A stretch of 46,657 bases of DNA from Bacteroidales bacterium (GCA_017998135.1 JAGODS010000001.1:1-46657), one strand, 5' to 3'; shown: positions 34,821 through 44,017, counted from the first letter of the stretch. Notes: generated by a model not told the origin, from the sequence alone. Program-made: numbers and translations.

Positions 34821-37800
34821 ATGGAAGACAATTATCAGATATTAATAAGGAAATTAGACGAGTTTATAAGAAAATACTATAAAAACCAGCTTATACGCGG
34901 GTTGCTTTATAGTATTGCCTTATTATTATTGTTTTTTCTTTTGATTAATATAGCTGAATATATTTTTAATTTTGGTGTAATAGTGAGAACTGTTTTATTC
35001 TATACATATATTTTAGCTAATATTGTTATTATCATAAAGTATGTATTAATCTCTTTATTCAGGCTTTTCAAAATTGGCAAGGTTATTTCGCAGGAATATG
35101 CTGCACAGATAATAGGTGAGCATTTTATAGAAATAAAAGACAAGTTGCTAAATACATTGCAACTAAAAAAATTATCCGAGCAAAATCCATATAACAGGGA
35201 GCTGATTGAAGCCGGTATTAATCAGAAAATTGAAAATCTCAAACCTGTCCCATTTACAAAAGCTGTAAATTTTTCCATAAATAAAAAATATATAAAATAT
35301 CCTTTAATCCTTATTATTTTAACTTTTCTTATTTTTGTACTGTCGCCGCAGTTACTTACAGAACCATCAGAAAGATTAATCAAACATAATGTTTACTTTG
35401 AGAAACCAAATGCTTTTCATTTCATTTTGCTAAACAAGGATTTGCAGGCTATACAGCAGGAAGATTTTAAGCTGGATATTAAAATAACAGGTAAAGAAAG
35501 CCCCGAAAAAGCTTATATTATTGCTGATAATGTTAAATACATCTTAGATAAGGAAAACAATCTTCTTTTTCATTATCTGTTTAAGAATCTTCAGAAGGAT
35601 GTAGTATTTCAGATAGCAGCCGAAGATTATGTTTCTGAAAAATATACTATCAGGGTTATGCCTAAACCTGTTATATTAAATTTTACTGTAGAGTTAAATT
35701 ATCCCTCTTATACTGGTAAAAAAGACGAAGTTCTTGAGAATACGGGTGATTTGGTTGTGCCTGCAGGTACACTTGCCAGATGGAGATTTTATACTAAAGA
35801 TACCCGTAATATGCTTTTTAAAATCAATAATTTATTAAAACAACCGGAAAAGACTGACTTTAAATCTTTTACTTATAAAGAGTTTTTACTGAATAACATT
35901 GCATATACTATAAATCTGGAAAACCAGTATCTAAAAAGTAAGGATTCGCTGGCTTATTCAATTAATATTATACCCGATATTTTTCCTACTGTTAATGTTG
36001 AGGAATTGAGAGACAGTCTCTACGAGAAATTTATATATTTCAGAGGTGTTATTAAAGATGATTATGGTTTTAGCAAGCTTAGTTTTAATTATGAGATAAG
36101 AAATAATGATGAAAGAGATAGTCTCATTAAACCTGAAATTAAACAGTTGCCTTTTGTAAAAGACCTGTTACAGCAGCAATTTTACTATCAGGTAGATATG
36201 TCGTCTCTCAATGTAAAGCCGGGACAGTCAGTTGAATATTATTTTGAAGTCTGGGATAATGACGCTATCAACGGAGCTAAATCTGCAAGAAGTAAAAAGA
36301 TGTTTTATAAAGAAGCTACTCAGAATGAAGTGGATGAAAAATTGCAGAAAAATTCAGAACAACTACAGAAAAGCCTTGAAGATAATATTAGAGAAGCCAA
36401 ACTTATTCAGAAACGCGCTGAAGAGCTCAACAAAAAGCTTATCCAGAAAAAAGATTTAAACTGGGACGACAAACGCCAGGCTGAAGACCTTATTGATAAG
36501 ATGCAAAACCTTAAAAATAATATAGAGAACATAAAAAATACTTTTCAGAAAAACAATTCGCAGGAAAAAGTTCTTAAAAAACAGGAAAATGATGAGCTCG
36601 CAAAAAAACAGGAGGAATTAGAGAAGCTTTTCAATGAGTTGATGACTGATGAGATGAAAGACCTTATTAAACAATATCAGGATTTATTAAAGGAAATGAA
36701 TAAGGATAAAATTAATGATATGTTGGATAAAATTAAGCTCAATAATGAAGATATTGAAAAACAACTTAACCGCGACCTGGACCTGCTCAAACAACTTGAA
36801 GTGGAAAAGAAACTAAATGATGCTATTGATAAATTAAAAGAGCTGGCTCAGAAACAAAATAAACTCGCTGAAGAAAGCGTTCAGGACAAAAAAGATAATC
36901 AACAATTACAGGATAAACAGGATAACCTGAATAAAGAATTTAATGAACTGGAAAAACAACTTAAAGATCTGAAGGAGCTAAATCAGAAGCTGGAAGACCC
37001 TTATAAAATGCAGAATACGGAACAACAGCAAAACAGCATTAATAAAGAGATGCAAAACAGTTCAAATTCTTTGAAAAATAAGAATTTTAAAAATGCTTCC
37101 AAATCGCAGAAAAATGCTGCGGAACAAATGGATAAGCTCGCTGATGAAATGCAGGAAATGAAAGAGGAATCCGAACAGGAACAATTAGGGGAAGATATTG
37201 ATAAAATTAGAAACCTGCTGGAGGACCTTATTCAATTGTCTTTTGACCAGGAAAAAATTATGACCGATTTAAAAAATACGCCAGTCAATGACCCCCGCTA
37301 TATAAAGATTGTCAATGAACAGAAAAAGATTAAAGATGATTTGCAAATTGTTGAAGACAGTCTTTATGCTATTAGTAAAAGACAGGTCAAAATCAAGTCT
37401 TTTGTTAACAAAAAAATTAATGAGATAAATCTTAATCTTGCCAATTCCTTGAAGTTGTTATTAGGCTCTTATACTATTAATTATAATTCGGCTAATTTTA
37501 AGAATCAGGCAATGACAAAACAACAATATATAATGACTTCTATGAACGACCTCGCCTTGCTATTATCCGAGTCGTTAAAGGAGATGCAACAGGAGATGTC
37601 TTCTAAGATGTCGTCTAAAATGAAAAGTAATTGTAAGAAACCTGGTAACTGTAGCAAACCGGGACAGGGCAAGCCTTCAGCTAAATCACTTAGGCAGATG
37701 CAACAGCAACTAAATAAACAATTAGAGAAACTTAAACAGGGATTAACTCCTTTGAAAAACGGCAATCAACAACAAATAAATGAACAGCTTGCAAGAATGG

Positions 37801-38201
37801 CAGCTGAGCAAGAAGCCATACGCCAGAAATTGCAGCAATTGAGGGACGAATTGAGCAATAATAATGTAAATTCAAAAAATAGCCTTGACAAAGCTATTAA
37901 AAATATGGAGCAGACCGAAAACGAGTTAGTTAATAAAATTATTACACCGGAAACCTTACGCAGGCAACAGGAAATACTCACACGTCTGCTTGAATCTGAA
38001 AAAGCTGAAGAGGAAAGAGAAACTGAAAATAAAAGACAATCAACCGAAGCCAAAGATATTAAAGCTATTGCACCTAAAAATTATTTCGATTTACAGAAAA
38101 ACAAAGTTAAAGAGGATGAATTATTAAGAACCAACCTGCCTGTTTTTAATCCCTTCTATAAAAAACTAACTGATGAATATCTGTTGAAATTGTCTGAATA
38201 A
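34821..38201 (+). CDS. Large membrane-anchored protein with a ~600-aa K/E/Q/N-rich coiled-coil region (DUF4175-like by recollection)
   Basis: 1126 aa. It has N-terminal TM helices (LLYSIALLLLFFLLINIAEYIF, VLFYTYILANIVIIIKYVL, YPLILIILTFLIFVL) followed by a beta-rich region. From about residue 500 a long heptad-like charged segment begins. A short Cys/Pro/Gly basic patch is present (KSNCKKPGNCSKPGQGKPS). Confidence 0.7.
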   Translation: MEDNYQILIRKLDEFIRKYYKNQLIRGLLYSIALLLLFFLLINIAEYIFNFGVIVRTVLFYTYILANIVIIIKYVLISLFRLFKIGKVISQEYAAQIIGEHFIEIKDKLLNTLQLKKLSEQNPYNRELIEAGINQKIENLKPVPFTKAVNFSINKKYIKYPLILIILTFLIFVLSPQLLTEPSERLIKHNVYFEKPNAFHFILLNKDLQAIQQEDFKLDIKITGKESPEKAYIIADNVKYILDKENNLLFHYLFKNLQKDVVFQIAAEDYVSEKYTIRVMPKPVILNFTVELNYPSYTGKKDEVLENTGDLVVPAGTLARWRFYTKDTRNMLFKINNLLKQPEKTDFKSFTYKEFLLNNIAYTINLENQYLKSKDSLAYSINIIPDIFPTVNVEELRDSLYEKFIYFRGVIKDDYGFSKLSFNYEIRNNDERDSLIKPEIKQLPFVKDLLQQQFYYQVDMSSLNVKPGQSVEYYFEVWDNDAINGAKSARSKKMFYKEATQNEVDEKLQKNSEQLQKSLEDNIREAKLIQKRAEELNKKLIQKKDLNWDDKRQAEDLIDKMQNLKNNIENIKNTFQKNNSQEKVLKKQENDELAKKQEELEKLFNELMTDEMKDLIKQYQDLLKEMNKDKINDMLDKIKLNNEDIEKQLNRDLDLLKQLEVEKKLNDAIDKLKELAQKQNKLAEESVQDKKDNQQLQDKQDNLNKEFNELEKQLKDLKELNQKLEDPYKMQNTEQQQNSINKEMQNSSNSLKNKNFKNASKSQKNAAEQMDKLADEMQEMKEESEQEQLGEDIDKIRNLLEDLIQLSFDQEKIMTDLKNTPVNDPRYIKIVNEQKKIKDDLQIVEDSLYAISKRQVKIKSFVNKKINEINLNLANSLKLLLGSYTINYNSANFKNQAMTKQQYIMTSMNDLALLLSESLKEMQQEMSSKMSSKMKSNCKKPGNCSKPGQGKPSAKSLRQMQQQLNKQLEKLKQGLTPLKNGNQQQINEQLARMAAEQEAIRQKLQQLRDELSNNNVNSKNSLDKAIKNMEQTENELVNKIITPETLRRQQEILTRLLESEKAEEERETENKRQSTEAKDIKAIAPKNYFDLQKNKVKEDELLRTNLPVFNPFYKKLTDEYLLKLSE

Positions 38202-38290
38202 AAAAGTTCTTATTTTGAAGAATCTGTTGTTAAATGTTTATACGCAATCATAAATCTATTCAAAAGTGCTTATGAGATCGCTTCGCTTAG

Positions 38291-38319
38291 TTCACATTTA
38301 CAAAATGTGAAACATTTAA
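38291..38319. terminator. AT-rich palindrome R6 between convergent genes (possible bidirectional terminator)
   Basis: TTCACATTT-ACA-AAATGTGAA has a 9-bp stem. It lies between the 3' ends of 34821..38201 (+) and 38475..39488 (-). Confidence 0.3.
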
Positions 38320-38362
38320 TTCTCTCTCTTGAATTTAGGAGAGGATTAAGTTGAGGTATATT

Positions 38363-38430
38363 GTTCTTTGTGCTTTATTCTTTAAGCTCTTTGTGTTGTT
38401 TTCATTAATTTTTGACTTTATGGAAGTATA
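38363..38430 (+). repeat. R3 ~70-bp element, copy 3
   Basis: TTCTTTGTGCTTTATTCTTTAAGCTCTTTGTGTTGTTTTCATTAATTTTTGACTTTATGGAAGTATAAT. Confidence 0.7.
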
Positions 38431-38474
38431 ATTATTATTCAGCTTAGCTTTTCGTTTTGTTAAGGCGGAAAATA

Positions 38475-39488
38475 TTATATGATTTCGTCCTTTCTTCCAA
38501 TAAAGAGAATAAGTCTGTAGCTAATTACTGCAATAATTATCATAGCAACAAAAAACAGGGGATAAGACAAGCGCCAGTTATCTGTTCCTGTCATCATAGT
38601 CCATTCCGACATTCCGAAAATGCCGGCAAGTAGAGTTAAAGGCATAAATACAGTAGTTATAAGCGTCAGCCTCTTTACTGATTTATTAGTCAGATTAGAC
38701 ACCTTAGTCATTTGATTATTAATAATAGAAATATATAGTTCCATCAAAGCGCTTTCCATTTCTCTGTAGGTTTCGGTAAGTTCAAAGAATTTAGTCAGAT
38801 GGTCATATATATCACGATAATGGAATATAGATTTTGCCTTTATAAACTGGCAATCCAGCCTGCATATCTTTACAAGTATCTCTCTTTCCTGGAATAAACA
38901 TTTTCTCATATTTAACAAATTTCTTCTCAAAGCAAGTAAATCTTTAGGAATAAAAGTTGCCGGGTCTTCAAGAATAAGCTCTTCCATTGCTTCCAGTTCA
39001 TCTTCTATTGTTTCAATAGCAGCAAATTTATGGTCAACTATATAATCAAGGATACTATGCAAAAGTAGTTCTGCTCCCTGTCTTATTTTCCCATAATTTT
39101 GTTCAACAATTTTTTCAATATTTTTCAGGGGTTGTCTGTCTTCAGAATTTATCCCGCTTATACTAAGCAGATAATTATCTCCAATAAAAAAATTGATTTC
39201 ATCTGTATGCAGCGTTTTATTTATATAATAGAAGTAATTAAAAATAAAAAAAGTATTATCGGAGAAGTCTTCCATTTTAGGAACCTGCCTGTCGTGTATG
39301 CAGTCTTCAATAGCGAGTGGATGCAATTTGAAGGTATCGCCCAACAGATTAAGTTGCTCCGCAGTTGGCTGAAAACAGTCTATCCAGATTAAAGCTCCCT
39401 GTTGTTTGGCTTGTATAGCAGCCTCAATATTTTCTAAGATTAAAGGTTTCGCTTCTTCTTTAAAGCTAAAAATTTTGATTTCTGACAT
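38475..39488 (-). CDS. CorA-family divalent metal ion transporter with GMS in place of the GMN signature
   Basis: 337 aa. A cytoplasmic alpha/beta plus helical domain is followed by two C-terminal TM helices. TVFMPLTLLAGIFGMSEW aligns to the CorA (F/Y)GMN region. Confidence 0.7.
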   Translation of the reverse strand: MSEIKIFSFKEEAKPLILENIEAAIQAKQQGALIWIDCFQPTAEQLNLLGDTFKLHPLAIEDCIHDRQVPKMEDFSDNTFFIFNYFYYINKTLHTDEINFFIGDNYLLSISGINSEDRQPLKNIEKIVEQNYGKIRQGAELLLHSILDYIVDHKFAAIETIEDELEAMEELILEDPATFIPKDLLALRRNLLNMRKCLFQEREILVKICRLDCQFIKAKSIFHYRDIYDHLTKFFELTETYREMESALMELYISIINNQMTKVSNLTNKSVKRLTLITTVFMPLTLLAGIFGMSEWTMMTGTDNWRLSYPLFFVAMIIIAVISYRLILFIGRKDEII

Positions 39489-39626
39489 CTATATAAATTT
39501 TTTTACAAAATTAATATATTATTTCTAATCAAGATAGGAGAAGAAAAATTATACTCTCTTTCATTGTTCCCTGTATTTATTATCATACTATTTATATTAT
39601 TCTAATTCTTTTTATTAAAAAATATA

Positions 39627-39634
39627 TATATTTG
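39627..39634 (+). promoter_or_regulatory. Candidate -7 promoter box for pdxH
   Basis: TATATTTG matches TAnnTTTG and ends 14 nt upstream of the ATG at 39649. Confidence 0.4.
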
Positions 39635-39648
39635 CTTTTTTTAATATT

Positions 39649-40323
39649 ATGATTGGCAAATATCCTTTACGATATAAAATGCATTTTATAAAATTAAAAA
39701 TACGGGAATTAGTAAATCCCGGTTATTTTATATCTGAAGATAATATAAATTCTAATCCTTTTGAGCAATTTACAAAATGGTATAAAAAGTCATTAGTGAG
39801 ACAAAGAGCATATTACGATGCAATGACTTTGTCAACAGCTACGCCTGAAGGCATTCCTTCTGCGCGTATGGTGCTGTTAAAAAGTTATGATGAAAAAGGT
39901 TTTGTCTTCTTTAGTAATAGTTCAAGCAGGAAGGGTAAAGAAATAGAGGCTAATCCGAATGCTGCTCTTACTTTCTTCTGGAATAAGACTAATAAGCAGG
40001 TTAGGATAGAAGGCATACTGGAGCAGATTGACGATAATGAGTCGGATGAATATTTCTCAACCCGCCCTGTGATGAGCAGACTGGGAGCCTGGGCATCCAT
40101 TCAAAGCTCAGTAATTTCAGACAGGAAATATCTTCTTAACAGGCTAAGGGAATATGAGTATAAATTTAAAGATGCTGAAATTCCGCGCCCTCCTTACTGG
40201 GTTGGTTTCAGGCTTATACCTGCAAAAATAGAGTTCTGGCAGGCAAGAGCTAACCGCCTGCATGATAGATTTCTTTTTACAAAGGATAATAATAAATGGA
40301 AATATGTAAGACTCTCGCCCTGA
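39649..40323 (+). CDS. pdxH: Pyridoxamine 5'-phosphate oxidase
   Basis: 224 aa. ARMVLLKSYDEKGFVFFSNSSSRKGKEIEANPNAALTFFW...QVRIEG and the C-terminal EFWQARANRLHDRF...RLSP are the classical PdxH signatures. Confidence 0.85.
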   Translation: MIGKYPLRYKMHFIKLKIRELVNPGYFISEDNINSNPFEQFTKWYKKSLVRQRAYYDAMTLSTATPEGIPSARMVLLKSYDEKGFVFFSNSSSRKGKEIEANPNAALTFFWNKTNKQVRIEGILEQIDDNESDEYFSTRPVMSRLGAWASIQSSVISDRKYLLNRLREYEYKFKDAEIPRPPYWVGFRLIPAKIEFWQARANRLHDRFLFTKDNNKWKYVRLSP

Positions 40324-40333
40324 TGATTTAATT

Positions 40334-40388
40334 CTTATAATCTATTGATTATAAATATTTCACATTTGCAAAATGTGAAAACATTTAA
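40334..40388. terminator. R9 module followed by R6 palindrome between convergent genes
   Basis: CTTATAATCTATTGATTATAAAT, then TTTCACATTT-GCA-AAATGTGAAA with a perfect 10-bp stem (40358..40380). It lies between the 3' ends of pdxH (+) and 40467..41315 (-). Confidence 0.3.
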
Positions 40389-40466
40389 ATCTTTACCAAT
40401 TCAAATAAATTATTTGCTAATTAGTTACAATTATCTTTATTATTATAAAGAATTTATCTTAAAATG

Positions 40467-41315
40467 CTAATTATTACCGGCAAGCCAGCGGAGCATAGCG
40501 GCGAAAGATTTGCCATAGTTTTTCCATTTTTGGAAACCTGCTCCCCAGTGAGGTGAAACATCAGATGCAAAGGCTATACTGCGACCTTTTCCGAATTTAT
40601 GCGCTACAATAAACGGGTCATTAAAACCTTTAACCTTTGCAATAACTTCAGCATCAGGTTTAGCAATGATACGGTTATAGCCGCTGAATGGAGGACAGCC
40701 CTCCCAATTTAAGCCTTTAACAACAGGGTGTTCAGGTTTTAATACTTCTATATGAACTCCTTCAGGTGTTTCATTTCTATCGTCATTGGCTTCTAAGCAT
40801 TTAACAGGCAAAGCTTCCTCAACAGGTGTATTTCCCCAGTTACCAATGCCACGTCTGCCTGTGAATGATTGCCAGCCGCCTACCATCATAAGCCCCCCGC
40901 CATTTTGAACAAATTCCCTGAGTGCGTAAAGTCTGTTAGGATCCATTATAGTATCCATTAGCCTTGCCCAGGGATATAATACTAAGCATTCCTGCTCTAT
41001 GTCAGAGAGAATAATTACATCCCATTTGGCAGCTATATCTTTGGCTGTCTCCGGTAACTCAGCGATAGCGCGCCAATTGGTCATATGTTCTACTTTAATA
41101 TCAGGTTCTTTAGCCAGTTCGTCAAGCAGAGGCTGACACCAGATATGCACTTCATAGCCTTTTTGCTCGTAATAAAAAGGAGATGCAATGATATTAGGTC
41201 CTAAAACCACACCTGCGTCGCCTATATACAAAACCCTTATAGGTTTTGCTGCTCCTGATGTTAAAGCAACAAAAATTCCTAAAACTAAAACTGAAATAAA
41301 TAAGTTTTTTCGCAT
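40467..41315 (-). CDS. Secreted class-I glutamine-amidotransferase-like fold protein (DUF1355/ThuA-like by recollection)
   Basis: ORF 40467..41342. Met10 (41315) gives signal peptide MRKNLFISVLVLGIFVALTSG. The motif NGGGLMMVGGWQSF is typical of the putative-GATase family. The function is not established. Confidence 0.55.
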   Translation of the reverse strand: MRKNLFISVLVLGIFVALTSGAAKPIRVLYIGDAGVVLGPNIIASPFYYEQKGYEVHIWCQPLLDELAKEPDIKVEHMTNWRAIAELPETAKDIAAKWDVIILSDIEQECLVLYPWARLMDTIMDPNRLYALREFVQNGGGLMMVGGWQSFTGRRGIGNWGNTPVEEALPVKCLEANDDRNETPEGVHIEVLKPEHPVVKGLNWEGCPPFSGYNRIIAKPDAEVIAKVKGFNDPFIVAHKFGKGRSIAFASDVSPHWGAGFQKWKNYGKSFAAMLRWLAGNN

Positions 41316-41595
41316 TTTCTTAAGTTTAAATTTAAAATGCAAAACTATAAATTTGTTTTATAATAGTATAGTATTTGTTATTATTTTTACTTTTGCTCAA
41401 AAAATAATTCTTTTCAGCCCGTTTATCTTCATTAATGTAAAAATCTGATGGGTAACAGTCTGAATATAAGAAATACTTTTTATTTCTATACTAACAAACA
41501 GAAAGAAAATAGCTGATGTTATTAAACTTATTGTAATTATTCAGCAGGTTTAAATGCTTTATTAATAATATTTTAAAAGAAACATTTTTAACACA

Positions 41596-41693
41596 AGGTT
41601 CACAAAGAAATTGTCACAAAGAACATAATGTATTGTATTTCAGAAGTGTGTTATTTTGTGTCCTTAGCGTGTTCTTAGTGTTCTTAGTGTTTA
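41596..41693. repeat. Divergent R3-like word repeats plus tandem 9-mer GTGTTCTTA
   Basis: CACAAGGTTCACAAAGAAATTGTCACAAAGAAC is the reverse complement of the TTCTTTGTG words. GCGTGTTCTTAGTGTTCTTAGTGTTTAA lies at 41667..41693. Confidence 0.5.
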
Positions 41694-41783
41694 AATATTT
41701 AAAAGTCTAACAAATAACTCAGCTGAGTAGTTACAACTTATTAGTTTTTTTTTACTATAATTTACTGATTAAATTATTTTCTT

Positions 41784-42620
41784 ATGAAATATTACAATTA
41801 TCATACACACACCAATTATTGCGACGGTTCTGCAACACCTGAGAAATATATAGCCCAGGCTAAAGAAATGAAGATGTCAGCTTTAGGGTTTTCTGCCCAT
41901 TCTCCTCTACCTTTCATAAATACCTGGAGTCTTAAAGCCGATATGGTCAATGATTACCTCACTGCTATAGATAATCTGAAGAATATATATATAAAAGATA
42001 TTGCAGTATTTAAAGGATTGGAAATAGATTATATTCCCGGTATGAGTTACAATTTCAGAGAAATGATTAAAGTCTATAAGCTTGATTATACTATCGGTTC
42101 GGTTCATCTTGTAAAAGTAGAAAGTAGCGATAAACTGTGGTTTATTGACGGACCTGCGAATAAATACAGTGAAGGTTTAAAAAATTTATTTAATAATGAT
42201 GTAAAGCTTGCTGTTACTAATTATTTCAAACAACTCAGGGAGATGATTGTCAATGAAAAACCTGATATTATAGGACACCTTGACAAAATAAAGATGAATA
42301 ACAAAGAACAGTTTTTCAGTACACAGGATAGTTGGTATAGAAAATTAATCTCTGACACTTTGAAAACTATAAAAAATTCAATAGTTGAAATCAATACAAG
42401 AGGTTTATATACGGGAAAATATGATGAGTTTTATCCTGCAGCTTTTGTGATAGAAGAATGTTTTAAACTTGATATACCTGTAACCATAAGCTCAGATGCC
42501 CATAATCCTGCTGATTTAACAAGCTATTATGATGAAGCTGTTTGTATGCTTAAAACTATTGGATATAAAGGGGTGAGTGTCTTTAAAGGCAATAAATGGC
42601 AGTTTGAGAAATTTACCTGA
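41784..42620 (+). CDS. HisJ-family histidinol-phosphatase-like PHP-domain protein
   Basis: 278 aa. The N-terminal YHTHTNYCDGS, GFSAHSP, GSVH, IGHLD and SSDAHNP are the PHP metal-ligand motifs of the HisJ family. Confidence 0.75.
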   Translation: MKYYNYHTHTNYCDGSATPEKYIAQAKEMKMSALGFSAHSPLPFINTWSLKADMVNDYLTAIDNLKNIYIKDIAVFKGLEIDYIPGMSYNFREMIKVYKLDYTIGSVHLVKVESSDKLWFIDGPANKYSEGLKNLFNNDVKLAVTNYFKQLREMIVNEKPDIIGHLDKIKMNNKEQFFSTQDSWYRKLISDTLKTIKNSIVEINTRGLYTGKYDEFYPAAFVIEECFKLDIPVTISSDAHNPADLTSYYDEAVCMLKTIGYKGVSVFKGNKWQFEKFT

Positions 42621-43065
42621 GCCTGTCTGCTGATTTAATTTTTTGTATATCTTTATTGATATAGGTACCTGAAAGATATATCAATACCATTGTTATTAAT
42701 GGTAGTATGGATAAAAAAGTAAAATTGGTTTTTGTTCCGAGTTTAGCCTCAATATTATCTGTATAAAAGAAAATAACCACAACAAATAGAAGGTTTAGTA
42801 AAAATAGTATTTTTACTATTAAAACTTGTCTTTGCATATTTTTATAAAGGAAAATATTGACCAGCGCCCCAAGACCGATAAGAACTGCAATTATTATCAG
42901 GGGCAAAGTATTGACAGAAATAGAAATGCTTGGAACAGGGGTTAATTTAGTCAGGCCTGTAATAAAAAATATATATTCGTAATATTTAGCCACAGGAAAG
43001 AAAAATATTACTGTAAAACAAACAAAGGTAATAAAAAGAAATATTGATTGTATTCGTTGTATCAT
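42613..43065 (-). CDS. Small 4-TM membrane protein (DUF4293-like by recollection)
   Basis: 150 aa. The N-terminal MIQRIQSIFLF and C-terminal KSADRLR match what I remember of DUF4293. The 3' end overlaps the convergent PHP gene by 8 nt. Confidence 0.6.
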   Translation of the reverse strand: MIQRIQSIFLFITFVCFTVIFFFPVAKYYEYIFFITGLTKLTPVPSISISVNTLPLIIIAVLIGLGALVNIFLYKNMQRQVLIVKILFLLNLLFVVVIFFYTDNIEAKLGTKTNFTFLSILPLITMVLIYLSGTYINKDIQKIKSADRLR

Positions 43066-43100
43066 TATTTAGATATTTTATTTGATTCGGATTTAGTCTA

Positions 43101-43715
43101 TTATTTTTTATTTTTCAAACTATCTTTTAGTTTGATTTCCTCTACTATCTTAATAATATCATCTTTGGCAAATTTTCTTATCCAATATACCCACATTATA
43201 AAAGTAAAGAGGTAAATAATATAAGTAAAAAGTAAATGGTGGTTAAAATTCATATATTTTGGAGCATATATAATAGTAAAGACTAATCCAATTACTCTTA
43301 AAACATTAAGAAAATTAATAACAATAATGCCAAGAGGAATATACCATAATTTCTGTTTCCAGGGACCCCAGAAAGCTATTATAAAAGCGCTATAGGTAAA
43401 CATTAGTTCCAGCCCTAAGCAACGGTTAGATATAAAAAGCTCATTATAATTATTATAATTAATATCACCATTATAGAAAACTAACATATCATGTGGGGCA
43501 CCCTTAACTCCGTTAGAAGCATAAGAAAGCACTGTCAGATCCATAAAATTACTAAGCAGATTTAATAAGCCTTTGCTAAAAAAAAGGACGTTTCTAAGTA
43601 CAAGACTATTGACAGCCTGCCAAAAACGTGTTTCCCGTAATATCTCGTTAAAGATATACCAGATTAAAAATAAAATACAGATTTTAATGAGGAATACAAC
43701 TAATTTGCTCTTCAC
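43101..43715 (-). CDS. Exosortase/archaeosortase-like polytopic membrane protein (candidate XrtF-type or unclassified)
   Basis: 204 aa with about 5-6 TM segments. The ordered candidate catalytic residues are Cys99 in SNRCLGLE, Arg140 in NFLNVLRVIG (41 residues after the Cys) and His159/160 in NFNHHLL. This is the Cys...Arg...His layout of the exosortase family. The call rests on motifs only. Confidence 0.5.
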   Translation of the reverse strand: MKSKLVVFLIKICILFLIWYIFNEILRETRFWQAVNSLVLRNVLFFSKGLLNLLSNFMDLTVLSYASNGVKGAPHDMLVFYNGDINYNNYNELFISNRCLGLELMFTYSAFIIAFWGPWKQKLWYIPLGIIVINFLNVLRVIGLVFTIIYAPKYMNFNHHLLFTYIIYLFTFIMWVYWIRKFAKDDIIKIVEEIKLKDSLKNKK

Positions 43716-43758
43716 TGGGATTTTGTGCTAAAATAGAGTTTACAGAAATAAAAGTTAA

Positions 43759-43965
43759 CTATTTCTTTAAGATAGATTTTTTTAAAGCGTAAAATCTTTT
43801 TGCACCATAAGCAATGCCGGCAGTCAATAAATAAAGCAAACCGCCTTCTAATGGGATACCTGGTCCGCCTCCGCCTGGAGGGTCAATCGGGAAAGGGGGT
43901 GGTGCCTGAGCAAAAACTGCAACAGCAAAGAAAATCAAACAATATGTAATTAATAATTTTTTCAT
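43759..43965 (-). CDS. 68-aa protein made of a signal peptide, a Pro/Gly-rich linker and a PEP-CTERM-style sorting tail
   Basis: MKKLLITYCLIFFAVAVFA|QAPPPFPIDPPGGGGPGIPLEGG-LLYLLTAGIAYGA-KRFYALKKSILKK. It lies 43 bp upstream of the exosortase-like gene on the same strand. Confidence 0.5.
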   Translation of the reverse strand: MKKLLITYCLIFFAVAVFAQAPPPFPIDPPGGGGPGIPLEGGLLYLLTAGIAYGAKRFYALKKSILKK

Positions 43966-44017
43966 TTTGGGTAAATGATTTAATCTGCAAAATTAATAAT
44001 AATTTTTCTATTAGCAA

